DNA of 64,000 nucleotides from an uncultured Phycisphaerales bacterium (GCA_963758525.1 CAVWVQ010000001.1:288001-352000), one strand, 5' to 3'; positions 31,888-43,055 are shown, counted from the first letter of the stretch. Notes: a model not told the origin generated them from the letters alone. Numbers and translations are program-made.

Positions 31888-32043
31888 GTTTCGTCCGGTT
31901 AGAAGTTTTCGCGGCGCATCGGATAGCGCAGGACTCTACGTGGTTTTGGAAATCGGTTTCGCCTGCGGCGACACGGCGGGCATGCCCACCGGCTAAACGA
32001 GGAGGAAAATCCGCTGAAAGCACGGTCGGGCTCGGAAAATAAT

Positions 32044-32080
32044 GTGCCATTTCGTGCCATTTCGTGCCATTTCGTGCCAC
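32044..32080. repeat. Decamer tandem repeat (GTGCCATTTC, about 3.7 copies)
   Basis: Read directly from the sequence. Confidence 0.85.
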
Positions 32081-32175
32081 TTTACGGGCAAAGCTGGGGT
32101 CTGGACGTTCTGATTGCAAATTCGGGCGACAGTAAACGTCGCATTGCAGACGGGGGATTTCGTAGTTTCAACGTT

Positions 32176-32655
32176 ATGGACCAAAACATTCAAAATACCG
32201 AGGCACATAGGCACGAAGGCACGCAGGCACGAAGTGATGGAGTTCCGGAAGTGGGAGCGATCGAATACCCAGCTGGATTCTCCGAGGAGCAGAAGCGGGC
32301 ACTGACGGCGATGGTGCAGGGGGCGAGCATTGCCGCGGCAGCGCGGATGGCGGGGGTGCATCGGGCGACGGTGAGCCGGTGGGTGAACGAAGGGGGCGAG
32401 TTTCATCGGGTACTGCGGACCGAGCAGGCGAAGAGACTGGCGGCGGTGCGCCGCGAAGCGCGGTCCATCGGCGAGCAGGCGGCCAATGTGGTGGCTGATG
32501 CGATCCGGGCGGGCGATGCGTCGGTGGCGATGGCGGTGCTCAAAGCACTTGGGGTTTTCGCCGAGCCGGAGTGGACACAGCCTTGGGGCGAAGATACAGC
32601 GGAGGGCAATCAATGTCGCGGCGGGTCGAGCCAACATGATACGGTGACGCAATGA
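32176..32655 (+). CDS. HTH protein (terminase small subunit/phage HTH-like)
   Basis: SIAAAARMAGVHRATVSRW. Confidence 0.7.
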   Translation: MDQNIQNTEAHRHEGTQARSDGVPEVGAIEYPAGFSEEQKRALTAMVQGASIAAAARMAGVHRATVSRWVNEGGEFHRVLRTEQAKRLAAVRREARSIGEQAANVVADAIRAGDASVAMAVLKALGVFAEPEWTQPWGEDTAEGNQCRGGSSQHDTVTQ

Positions 32656-33026
32656 CTATGGATTTACCGGGACCGGTGGCAGGGATGATTCACGGAGGCG
32701 GCGCGGAACTCCCGCGGCAGCAGGCCATCGCGTTGATGCACCTGGCGGCGGGACAGAACGTGGAGTCGGCGGCGCAGGGCGCGGGCGTCAGCCGGGGAAC
32801 GGTGTATCGATGGCTGCAGCGGGATGAGGCGTTCGCCCGCGGACTCCGCGACGCGCGGCACGCCGGGTGCGCCGCGGCCCGGCAGCAGATCGTCGCGGTG
32901 GCGCCAGCCGCTTTGGAACTGGTGCGCGGAACGGTGCAGGACGGCGACGTTTCGGTCTCCATGGCCGTCGTGCGAGCCATGAAGTTGCTGTCGCGGCTGG
33001 AAACCGCCGAAGCAGGTGCAGCGTGA
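32652..33026 (+). CDS. HTH protein, paralog of the upstream gene
   Basis: NVESAAQGAGVSRGTVYRW; ATGA overlap. Confidence 0.7.
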   Translation: MTMDLPGPVAGMIHGGGAELPRQQAIALMHLAAGQNVESAAQGAGVSRGTVYRWLQRDEAFARGLRDARHAGCAAARQQIVAVAPAALELVRGTVQDGDVSVSMAVVRAMKLLSRLETAEAGAA

Positions 33027-33039
33027 CCCGCCGGCGTTT

Positions 33040-33186
33040 CGGATGCCGCGTTTTTAGCAAACGGCGCGCAACTGTTGCGCGCGGTGTCGCGCCGGGCCGG
33101 AGAGCATCCCGCGGCAGGGCAAGGAGTTGGACGACGGGTGCGACATGCGGCGCTGCAAAATCTGTCGCGCGATGTCGCATGAACGG
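33040..33186 (-). repeat. Module A copy (inverted)
   Basis: Reverse complement of 20090-20235. Confidence 0.85.
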
Positions 33187-33544
33187 GAAGAAGGCATGGA
33201 AGCAGGAAGGCCGCGTTTTTGAGCGTAATTCGGGGTTTCGGGAACTTGCAGGAGGTGCGCTACTCCTGTGCGCCGCGCTGCGCAGCGGGCCGATGTCGCT
33301 TTCTGGACTTTCCCCTCCCCCGGCGTGTCAACGAATGCAAAGCGGCGCAGCGCTGGCGGCAACTTGAAGACGGCGGCCGGACGCCCCGTATCAGACATCG
33401 GGCTGCGGTCGAGGCGCAGATCAATTCCGGCGGACCTCAGTCGGCTTTGGGAGATTCACAATCAAGGTGGATTGGGATGTGCGAAATCCGTTAGAGACTC
33501 ATTGAGTGGACGGTTCACCATGGACAGTGGAGAGCGTCGTCAGG

Positions 33545-33968
33545 CATTCGCGCGGGCGTCGCGGGAATGGTCCGCATGGCGGCTCGGCGCTTTCGGCCAT
33601 TCGAGGCGTACACGAGAGCCGCCAAGCGGACCCTACGGCTGTGGAACAGACGGAATCGTCGGCGGAGCAGAAACCGGCGACTAATCAATGTCGCACGGGG
33701 GCGAGCGAAAAGGATACGTGAGGCATTGGGCAACAGATCCGCTGGGACAACCGCAGGTTCAGCACCAAGGCGCCCTCCGATTGACGGCGCACGCAGACCA
33801 TGGCCGAGCGCGTTGGAATCAAAGAGCGAATGGCCACGAAAAAACTCAAAAACACAAAAAAAGGAAATAGAGAGGCGACGCGCAACAGCAGGAAGTGAAT
33901 CGGAAGCTGCTCTCGTGCCAGGGCTCTCTTTTTTTTGTCGTTTACGTTTTTTCGTGGCGATCACTCTC
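33545..33968 (-). repeat. Module B copy (inverted)
   Basis: Diverged reverse complement of 20297-20720. Confidence 0.85.
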
Positions 33969-34184
33969 TTGGGCTATTTGGCGCGAACCCCCAGGAACGT
34001 AAAAATCTGTAAAGTTCTGTAAAGTGGATCACGGTTTGGAGGGTCTGGCGAGGGGCGGGACTCGAACTGTTGCAAAAGGCGCCGAGGAAGCGTCAAGACG
34101 CGGCTGGGTTGCGACAATTACACCGCTCGCGCATCCTATCGGCGTGCCGACTGGCGGCGGCGGAACGCTTAATTGAAGGGATCA

Positions 34185-35598
34185 ATGCGGGACTTCACAA
34201 TTTGTCATTTCAGCGGTGTCGTACTGACGTGTCTTGTTTCGACGGCTGCCGTGTTCGCGCGGGTCGAGTGAAAATCGCGGCGAGCCGTTTCCCAGCGCGA
34301 CGCCGCAAGCGGTTGTCGATGTGGAGGCGCGGATCTTTCCGGCGGTAGTGCGGATCGACGTGGCGCAGGAGATCTACTCCGAGGGGAAGCGGACGGTGCG
34401 GCGCGGCATCGGCTCGGGCGTCATCATCGATGACGACGGGCGAATTCTGACGAACTTCCACGTCGCCGGGCGGGCGGCGGAGCTTCACGTGACGCTCTTC
34501 AACAAGGAACGCGTTCCCGCCCATCTGGTGGGCGACGATCACTGGACGGACCTGGCCGTTGTGCAGATGGACATGGATCACATTCGCGACCAGAAAATTG
34601 AATTCAAGCATGCCGAGCTTGGCGAGAGCAAGACGCTGATCACCGGGCAGGACGTGATGGCGATCGGGACGCCCTTCGGGCTTGCCCGCACGGTGACGCT
34701 GGGGATCGTGTCGAACAACGATCGCACGTTTTATCCGGAGCAGATGCAGATCGATGAGTATGAAACCGGCAATTTTTCGAACTGGATTCAGATGGACACC
34801 CCGATCAACCCCGGCAACAGCGGCGGGCCGCTGGTCGACATGACCGGCAAGGTGGTCGGGATCAACACGCGCGGAGGCGGGCAGAATCTCAATTTTGCCA
34901 TCCCGATTGACACGGCCAAGGCGGTGATTCGTCAGATTCTTGCCAGCGCCAAACCCGACAAGAAAGGGCGCGTCGATCGCAGCGACCTGGGGATCGATCT
35001 CAAGCCGCTGCAGGACCTGGAAACGTTCTACGACATTGACATTAACCGCGGCGTGCTCGTCAACAGCGTCGATCGTAATTCGCCTGCCGAGCGCGCGGGC
35101 GTTCTCACGCAGGACATCCTGCTCGACATCAACGATAAGCCGATCAACGTGCGGTTTCCGGAAGAAGTGGCGGCGGCACGGAAATTCATCGCGGACTTGC
35201 CGATCGGGTCGGACGTGCGTCTGACGCTGAAGCGCGGCAAGCAGACGGTGCACGTGGCCGCGCGCACGCAGAAGCTGCAGGGCGCGGTCGGCGAGGAGAA
35301 GGAATTCAAAGCATGGGGCGTTTCCGTGCGCGAGGTGACGCGAGCGTACGCCAACGAGCAGCAACTGGACGACGATCAAGGCGTGGTGGTTACGACGCTG
35401 AGCCCCGGCTACCCTGCCGCCAAGGCTGAGCTGCAGCCGGGCGACGTGATTCGCACCATCAATCAAGAGCCGATCACGGATCTCGACGAGTTCAAAAAAC
35501 TGTACGACGCGTCGGTGAAAGCGGCGGACCCGGCGGTTCTGCTGGACATTCAGCGCGGGCGCGGCCGTCAGTCGGCCGTGCTCAAAATCACGTACTGA
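34185..35598 (+). CDS. HtrA-like serine protease with PDZ domains; apparent frameshift after the signal peptide (~34260)
   Basis: LTNFHV, TDLAV, INPGNSGGPL. Confidence 0.88.
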
Positions 35599-35635
35599 TT
35601 CCGATCATCAGACTGCCAACTCTTCTGGAGCGTTC

Positions 35636-37044
35636 ATGAAGCGAATCGTTGTGTCCCTCTTGTTGTCGGTTGCCGCGGCCGTTCTGGGCTGCGCCACGCG
35701 CCTCCCCCGCCGTCGCGCGCTCCGCTGTCGGCGGACGCGGCGGCGCAGCAATATCAGACCATTACTCCGTCCCTGGTGGCAGTGCAGTATGTGTGGGAGA
35801 GCGAACTGGGGCGTCGGGAGATCATCGGGGCCGGCATCGTCGTCGGTGATGATGGGCTGGTGATGACCTCGATCGCGATGGTCGGATCCCAGTTTCCCGA
35901 CGAGCAGATGAAGGACTTCAAAATCATCGTGCCCAGCGACACGGGAGATCCGCAGGAACTCAAGGCGGTGTTTCAGGGGCGCGACGAGCGGACTGAAATG
36001 GCGTTTGTCAAAACGCTCGAGCCGCAGAAGTGGAAGAGCATCAAGTTTGCGGAGCAGCCGCCCGGCGTGGGCGACTATGTCTACTCCGTCGGATTGATGC
36101 CAAAAGAGGCGGGTTACAAGAGCTATTACATGTCGGGGATCGTTGCGACGACGTTGCGGGGCGAGATGCCGATGATCGCCGTGGACGGCGGACTTGCGGC
36201 GGTGAATTCCCCGGTATTCAACGCGCAGGGACAGGCGATTGGCGTGGTCGCGATCGCGCGGGACGAGCCGCTGTTGCTCAACAACCCGACGGACGCGCTG
36301 CACTCCGTGACGAATCCGCCGAAGCTCTTCACGCCGACGCGTTTTTTCGCTCAGAGCTTGAGCGACCCGCCGACGCCGGGCAAACCGGTCAAGCTTCCGT
36401 GGCTGGGCGTGGTGCAGATGACCGGGCTGACGAAGGACGTCGCGGAGATTTTCAATTTGAAGGGCGAGCCTGCGATTCAGGTTGGCGGAGTGATTCACGA
36501 CATGCCTGCCGACCAGGCGGGACTCAAGCAAGGGGATATTATCGTCAAGCTGAACGGCCAGCCCCTGGAGCGCGGCGACGAGCCCGAAGAACTGCCGATG
36601 ATTTTCAGCCGCAGGCTGATGCGGATGAAAGTTGGAGATGAGGTGGTGCTGTCGGTGTTACGGCGTCGCGGGCAGCCGTTGCAGGACATCAAAGTCACAC
36701 TGGCGGAACAACCGCCGCGTCCGAACACCGCGAAGCGTTACTTTGCCGAGGACCTGGGCTTTGCGGTGCGCGACGCGGTCTTCATCGACACCTACATGCG
36801 GCACCTGCAGGCTGATGCAAAGGGCGTTATCGTGGCAGTGCTGCGGCCACAAAGCTCCGCCGAATCCGGCGGTCTGCATGACGGCGACATGATCCAACGC
36901 CTCAACGGCGAGATCGTGACCAATGTGGACGAGTTTCAGAAAGCGTATGAACAGCTGCGCAAGGACAAGCCAAAGGAAAGCGTTGTGCTGGTTGTATTGC
37001 GCGAAGGGCACGAGGACACGATCCGCATCGAGCCGCCGCAGTAG
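35636..37044 (+). CDS. Trypsin-like/PDZ lipoprotein lacking catalytic His/Ser; frameshift near 35698
   Basis: Lipobox VLGC; GAGIVV..GLVMTS, VNSPVFN, PWLGV and two PDZ domains. Confidence 0.8.
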
Positions 37045-37205
37045 AATGCAGGCGGAACGTATTAAGCGAGTCTGCACCTTCCTTGGGCGGTTCGAAACAG
37101 CCAGGAAGAGCCGGCGGTGACGCCGCTTGCATTGCCGAAATAGGCCGCCGAAGTAAAGGCCTCTTTGCAAACGCCCTGATGTCGCTAAAATGCCGTCGAG
37201 TGTCC

Positions 37206-37278
37206 GGGCAGGTAGCTCAGTTGGTAGAGCAATGGACTGAAAATCCATGTGTCGTGGGTTCGATTCCCACCCTGCCCA
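37206..37278 (+). tRNA. tRNA-Phe(GAA)
   Basis: Cloverleaf; anticodon arm ATGGA-CTGAAAA-TCCAT; GTTCGA T-loop. Confidence 0.96.
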
Positions 37279-37292
37279 ATGAGAATTTCCCT

Positions 37293-37348
37293 GTAGCACA
37301 GCCGTCCCGGATGTGATTCAAAACCCACAGCCGGGACGGCTGTGCTAC
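37293..37348. repeat. REP doublet (GTAGCACAGCCGTCCCGG...)
   Basis: GTAG-initiated inverted pair. Confidence 0.8.
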
Positions 37349-37475
37349 GGATCGCGTTTCGACAGGAGGGGGCGGGGCATGGCCGCTTTATTTCAGGCGG
37401 AAATTGCGGATCGGAATCATGACTCGCCTTTACATGCCACAGGTGCGCATTAGAATTCTGCCACCTCAAGCAAGG

Positions 37476-38363
37476 ATGCGCGTGGACTATCGGGTTGAAC
37501 TGGACGTCTACAATGGGCCGTTGGATCTGCTGCTCTACCTGATCAAGCGGGATGAGCTGGACATCTACGACATTCCCATCAGCCGAATTCTTGATTCTTA
37601 CATGACATACGTGAGCCTGCTCAAGGGTCTCAAGGAGCAGGAGGGTTTGGACATCAACGTCGCCGGGGAATTCCTCGTGATGGCGGCGACGCTGATGGAG
37701 ATCAAATCGGCAATGCTGCTGCCCAAGGCTCCAGTTGAAGCGAGCAAGGACGGTGCGCCAACCGCCGCGCAGGAATTGGCCGACCCCCGGCAGGAGCTGG
37801 TTCGCCAGCTCCTGGAATATAAACGGCTCAAGGATTCCGCAACGCTTCTGGATCGCAGGCAGAAGGAACATCAGAGCCGGTACCCGAGCGTGCCGGCCGC
37901 GCAGGAAGGAGCGGCTGACGAGCCGCCGCCGGTGGATTTGGAGGAGGTGCAGGTGTGGGACCTGCTGTCGGCATTTGACCGGCTGATGCGGGAAGTCGGG
38001 ACGCGCAAGCCCAAGTATCATGAGGTTGTTTACGACGACACCCCGATCGATCTCCACGCTGCTGACATCGAAGATCGCCTCAAACGCGAAGGGCCGCTCA
38101 CGTTGCGGGCGTTGATCGTCGGCCGCAAGAGCCGAAGTGAAATGATCGGCGTGTTTCTGGCGCTGCTGGAACTGATCAGGGAGAAGAAGATCCTCGTGAA
38201 ACAGGAGTCGGCGCTGGACGATCTGGAAATCACTGCCGCGCCGGAGGAGCATCGTAAACAGTATGCGCACGCGTCTCTGCATCTGGCGGAGGAAACGCCC
38301 GAACCATCGGAATCGCCGCGCGAACCGGTCGCGCCGCCGATGGATGCGGCGGAGATTGCCTGA
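37476..38363 (+). CDS. scpA: Segregation and condensation protein A
   Basis: GPLDLLLYLI, EFLVMAATLMEIKS, FLALLEL. Confidence 0.93.
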   Translation: MRVDYRVELDVYNGPLDLLLYLIKRDELDIYDIPISRILDSYMTYVSLLKGLKEQEGLDINVAGEFLVMAATLMEIKSAMLLPKAPVEASKDGAPTAAQELADPRQELVRQLLEYKRLKDSATLLDRRQKEHQSRYPSVPAAQEGAADEPPPVDLEEVQVWDLLSAFDRLMREVGTRKPKYHEVVYDDTPIDLHAADIEDRLKREGPLTLRALIVGRKSRSEMIGVFLALLELIREKKILVKQESALDDLEITAAPEEHRKQYAHASLHLAEETPEPSESPREPVAPPMDAAEIA

Positions 38364-38381
38364 AATGCTGGTTGGGTTGGC

Positions 38382-38487
38382 GTGGCACGGGCATCTTGCC
38401 CGTGCAGATGGCGTTGGAACTGCGAATGCTTTGATATCATGGCTTTTCTACTACAACGCACTCAACACGGGCAAGATGCCCGTGCCA
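38382..38487. repeat. REP doublet (GTGGCACGGGCATCTTGCCCGTG)
   Basis: Two inverted palindromic units. Confidence 0.8.
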
Positions 38488-38500
38488 TGGGGAACGTTGA

Positions 38501-38959
38501 ATGCTTGCTGAGAAACTGAAGTCGCTGGGAGTCGAGTTGCCCACGGTATCGGGGCCGTTTGGAGCGTACGTTCCGGCGCGGCGCATCGGAAATCTGATTT
38601 ACATAGCGGGGCAGTTGCCGATGAAAGACGGCAAGCTCCTCGCGACCGGCCCGGTGCCTTCGAGGACATCGGTTGAGCAGGCGCAGCTCGCGGCGCGGCA
38701 ATGTGTGATCAACGCGATCGCGGCGATCGGAACTGTTTGCGATTCGATCGACATCATCGCCGGCGTGGTGCGGGTTGGGGTGTTCGTGAGTTCAGATGCG
38801 GGATTCACTCAGCAGCCGAAGGTGGCGAACGGAGCGAGCGAATTGCTGCTGGAGCTTTTCGGCGACGCGGGACGGCACGTGCGGGCGGCGGTGGGAGTCA
38901 ATGTTTTACCTTTGGACGCGTCGGTTGAGATTGAGTTTATTTTCGAGGTGGCATCGTAA
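38501..38959 (+). CDS. RidA/YjgF-family protein
   Basis: YIAGQLP, VANGASELL..FG.AGRH.RAAVGV..LP. Confidence 0.9.
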   Translation: MLAEKLKSLGVELPTVSGPFGAYVPARRIGNLIYIAGQLPMKDGKLLATGPVPSRTSVEQAQLAARQCVINAIAAIGTVCDSIDIIAGVVRVGVFVSSDAGFTQQPKVANGASELLLELFGDAGRHVRAAVGVNVLPLDASVEIEFIFEVAS

Positions 38960-39037
38960 CTTGGTGCGACTTGGTGTTACGTGGCTAGAGGTTCCTGCGA
39001 CGAATCCTGTTTCTGTTGCTATGATTCTCCGAAAGCA

Positions 39038-39571
39038 ATGATCCGCCCCGCCACAATTCATGACGTTCCGCACATTGAGGAGATCATCAACAGCCATGCC
39101 GGGCTGGGGAAGATGCTCTTCAAGAGCTACGCGCAGTTGTACGAGGACCTCCGCGACTTCGGGGTTTACGAAGAAGACGGTCAGGTTGTCGGCTGCTGCG
39201 CGGTGACGATTCTTTGGGCCGACCTGGCGGAGATCCGCTCCCTGGCAGTGGACGAAGAGCATATTGGCCGAGGCATCGGTCGTCGGCTGATCGAATGGAG
39301 CATTGATGAAGGCCGCCGGCTCGGCATTCGCCGCCTGATGGCCCTGACGTATGAGCAGGCGTTTTTTGAGAAACTCGGGTTCGATGTCGTCGCCAAGGAA
39401 ACGCTGCCGCTCAAAGTGTGGAGCGACTGCGTGCGGTGTCCGAAGCGGGACAAATGCGATGAGATTGCGGTGGTGCTTACGCTGCATGAAGTTCCGGAAA
39501 ACGATCAGCCCGCCGCCGCGCCGACTCCCCGGGGCGTGTCGATTCCGGTGCTGGAATTTAGTGAGGATTGA
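39038..39571 (+). CDS. GNAT N-acetyltransferase (short ArgA-like)
   Basis: LAEIRSLAV, GRGIG, LP.KVWSDC..CP....CDE. Confidence 0.88.
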   Translation: MIRPATIHDVPHIEEIINSHAGLGKMLFKSYAQLYEDLRDFGVYEEDGQVVGCCAVTILWADLAEIRSLAVDEEHIGRGIGRRLIEWSIDEGRRLGIRRLMALTYEQAFFEKLGFDVVAKETLPLKVWSDCVRCPKRDKCDEIAVVLTLHEVPENDQPAAAPTPRGVSIPVLEFSED

Positions 39572-39790
39572 GAGGTGGGCGAGGCACGAAGGCACGGAGG
39601 CACGAAGGGAAGGACGCGCCTGAGGGCGCGAGCTTTTTGGGTTTGGTTCATTCGATGTTCGACATTCGATCTGCGATCTTCATTGGAGCATGCGAGCGTG
39701 TCATTTGGATTTCGGGCGTTCGCTGATTGCTCTGCCTTCTGATTGCTCTGCCTTCTGGCTCCTGACTTCTTCTTCTGCTACGCTCTTCCC

Positions 39791-40907
39791 ATGATTCACG
39801 AGAACCTCTCGCAATCGATCGAAGACCTTTCATCCCGGATCATTGCCATCCGGGACTCTCTTTGACTTCCCCACCAAACTCGCTCGACGCAAAGCACTGG
39901 AAGACAAGATGGGGGATGCCGGGTTTTGGAATGACCCTGAGGGGGCGAAGTCCGTCGTCGCGGAGATGAAAACGATCAAGGGGGTCGTCGAGCCGGTGCA
40001 GGCGCTGCTGGAGGCGATCGACGACGTCCGTGCAATGTATCAGCTTGGCGAGGAAGCTGGGGATGCCGACACGCTGGCCGAGGCGGATCAAACGCTGGCA
40101 GCATTGGAGAAGCGCGGCCAGAAGGTGGAGCTGCAGTCGCTGCTCGACGGGAAAAACGATCCCCGCAATTGCTTCCTGCAAATCCATGCCGGCGCCGGCG
40201 GCACCGAGGCGCAGGACTGGGCGGAGATGCTGCTGCGGATGTACCTCTATTTCTTCGAGAATCGCGGGTGGGATGTCAGCGAAGTGGACCGGACCCTGGG
40301 GGAACAGGCCGGGATCAAGGACGTCGTGCTGCTCGTCAAAGGGGAATACGCCTACGGGTATTTGCGTGCAGAGGCAGGGGTTCACCGGCTGGTTCGTCCC
40401 AGCCCGTTTAATGCGCAGGGGAAACGGCAAACGAGTTTTGCGTCGGTCGACGTCGTCCCAGATTTCGAGGACGAGGGGGGCGATCTGGAGGTTCCCGAGG
40501 CGGACATGGAAATCGTTGCCTTCGTGCGCGCATCCGGCCCGGGCGGACAGAACGTGAACAAGGTCGCGTCGGCTGTGCGGATCACGCACATACCAACGGG
40601 GTTGCAGGTCACCTGCTCGGTCGAACGCAGCCAGCAGCAGAACAAGCGGCTGGCAATCGCCCTGCTCAGAGGCCGTCTGGAGCTTCTCGAACAGGCCAAG
40701 CGTGACGAAGAGTTGAAGAAGATGTATGGCGAAAAGGGCGCGATCGCCTGGGGAAATCAGATTCGCAGCTACGTATTGGATGATCGCCGGGTGAAGGATC
40801 ACCGGACGATGGTAGAGACGAGCAACGTCGAGAGCGTGCTGGATCGGGGGGAACTGGACGGCTTCATCGATGCCGAATTGCGGCGGCGTAAGAAGGAGAA
40901 GAAGTAA
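39791..40907 (+). CDS. prfB: Peptide chain release factor 2 with programmed +1 frameshift at CTT-TGA-C (39860-39866)
   Basis: 24-codon first segment; GAGGTEAQDWA, SPF, GPGGQ, WGNQIRSY. Confidence 0.95.
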
Positions 40908-40910
40908 GGG

Positions 40911-41142
40911 GAAGGCGCGAAGGCACGGAGGCACGAAGGCACGAAGGCACGGAGGCACGAAGGGAAGGAAGGGAGAGAGGGGCAAAACGGGGGGATCGGC
41001 TCCTCGGGGTACCGCAAACCGGGTGTTACGCATTTTCTACCGTGCCTGTGCGTCTCCCTTCCCTCTCCGTCTCCCATCCCCTTCCTCACCCTTCGTGCCT
41101 TCGTGCCTCCGTGCCTTCGTGCCTTTCCCACCCGTGCCTTCC
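40911..41142. repeat. Inverted arrays of octamer GGCACGRA repeats
   Basis: Array 40911-40963 facing complementary array 41089-41142. Confidence 0.8.
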
Positions 41143-41373
41143 GCAGTCCCTTTCCCGACAAACACTTACCAATCATTCAAGCCATTCCTGTGTTCGGTCC
41201 GATAACTTTGTGGCTGGTTTCGCAGCTGACGGATGCCCGGCCTCCGATTGACCTGCCGACAAAACTTCATAGACTTTCGTCCGTTATCGGGCTGGGCAGC
41301 ATTGAAGCAGGTCAACGGAGTGGCGACTGTTTGCACGGCCGTTCCGCAGTGTTGCTTTTGAGCTGTAATAATT

Positions 41374-42253
41374 ATGATCGTTGATTGTCATACGCACATC
41401 TGGCAGTCCCCTGACCAACTGGGTCAGCTCGACTTGGGTAACTCGTCGCCTCCATCGGCGCGTCGGCCCCTGCGCGTTTCGGCGCATCGAACCGTTTGGC
41501 GCTCCGCCGTCCCCGCGGCCGACCCGGATTATCATTGGGCTCAGAGCGGTACCGTGGACAAATCAATTGTCCTGGGTTTCAAGAGCCGGTACCTTCGCGC
41601 GGAAATCCCCAATCGTTTCGTATCTGACTACGTGAATCGCTTTCCGCAGAAGTTAATCGGCTTTGCCGGGATCGATCCGACCGAACGCTCGGCAGTTGCC
41701 GAGGTGCAGACGGCCAAGGAAGATCTCCTGCTGCGCGGGCTGACCGTTTCTCCAGCGAACCAGGACTTTCATCCAACCGATACCCGGGCCATGGCGGTCT
41801 ATGCCGAAGCGGAGCGGCTGGGAATGCCGATCCTCATTCATCCCAGCGGCCAATTCACCGAACAGAGCAAGCTTGAATACGGCCGGCCCTATCTGCTGGA
41901 CGAGATCGCCCGCACGTTTCCGAAGCTGCGGATTGTCATCGCCCAACTCGGCCAGCCGTGGATCGACGAGACCATCTGCATGTTGGGAAAGCATCAGCAT
42001 GTTTATGCTGATATGAGCGGCCTGTTGATGCGTCCGTGGCAGGCGTATAACGCGCTGGTGCTGGTCCATCAGCATGGCGTAATCGACAAGCTCCTGTTCG
42101 GCAGCGACTTCCCATATACCAGCGCGACGGAGTGCATCGAATCGCTCTACAGCATCAACCAGTTCGCGCAGGGAACCAACCTCCCCCTGGTTCCGCGAGG
42201 CGCTTCGCGGCATCGTCGAGCGCGACACGCTGGGCCTGCTGGGTCTGGAGTAA
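41374..42253 (+). CDS. Amidohydrolase family protein; frameshift near 42197
   Basis: DCHTH, LLFGSDFP; corrected end PREALRGIVERDTLGLLGLE. Confidence 0.85.
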
Positions 42254-42281
42254 ACCCCCGAGTTTTGACGAAAGGGTGCCC

Positions 42282-42905
42282 GTGAAACCGATTGCCAGGA
42301 AGATTCTCTCACTCTCGATCACGATCGCAGCCGCATCGCTTTCCACGGGGTGCGCGGGCCATGCGGGCGGCATCACGCTGACTTCCATGCGCACGCATGA
42401 GAAGTTCGACCAGGGATTTTCCGATGCCTACCTGAGCCATAATGCGAACGGGGATCTGGATGTCGTGCTGATCGACTCGGCGACTGCCGACGCGCTCGCC
42501 GGGCATCGGTCGAAATCGCCAATTCAGCAGATTCTTCACCTTCGCGTGCTTTGGCAGCCGGAGCGCGATCTGAAGGTAACCGACGCGGCAGCGTGCAACG
42601 CTTCGGTTCATTGGTATGTGATGGGCGGCAATCCCAAGGGAATGCTTGAATACACCGGCACCGCGTTTGTTTCGACCACGTCCTTCAGCGATCTGGTGCG
42701 CGTGCATGTGCAAAACGCACAGGTGCGTCCGCTGCCGACCTCGGCCGGCCTGCAGGATCCGGTCGGCCCGTCCAAGCTCGAAGGCGCTGTCTTCGCCCAC
42801 GAGGACGCGCGGGTCGTCAGCCAGTTACTGAACGAAGTGAACACCCCCTTGGCGTACGCCGCCGAGGCCGGACGCGCCGGTGTGCAAAACAGCATCGCAC
42901 GGTAG
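42282..42905 (+). CDS. Hypothetical lipoprotein
   Basis: GTG start after GAAAGG; lipobox-like STGC. Confidence 0.65.
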   Translation: MKPIARKILSLSITIAAASLSTGCAGHAGGITLTSMRTHEKFDQGFSDAYLSHNANGDLDVVLIDSATADALAGHRSKSPIQQILHLRVLWQPERDLKVTDAAACNASVHWYVMGGNPKGMLEYTGTAFVSTTSFSDLVRVHVQNAQVRPLPTSAGLQDPVGPSKLEGAVFAHEDARVVSQLLNEVNTPLAYAAEAGRAGVQNSIAR

Positions 42906-43055
42906 CAGCCCGTGGTTAAAGTCGCGCGGCCGTTGTTTGGGTCCTCGTGCCGGGCTCTTCGTTGTCGAGACTTGCTAGCCTGCATCACAACGCCACATCA
43001 ACCTGAAAACGGTTCTCACTCGCGGGAGTCGGTGCGGATAACGGACGGAGACTGC

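Noticed and set aside
32176..33026. Prophage packaging module
   Set aside because: No large terminase, portal, capsid or integrase in the window.
39840..41251. ORFs with PSCLRAFV / ARRHGGTK peptide repeats (also near 56900-57300)
   Set aside because: Translations of non-coding octamer DNA repeats.
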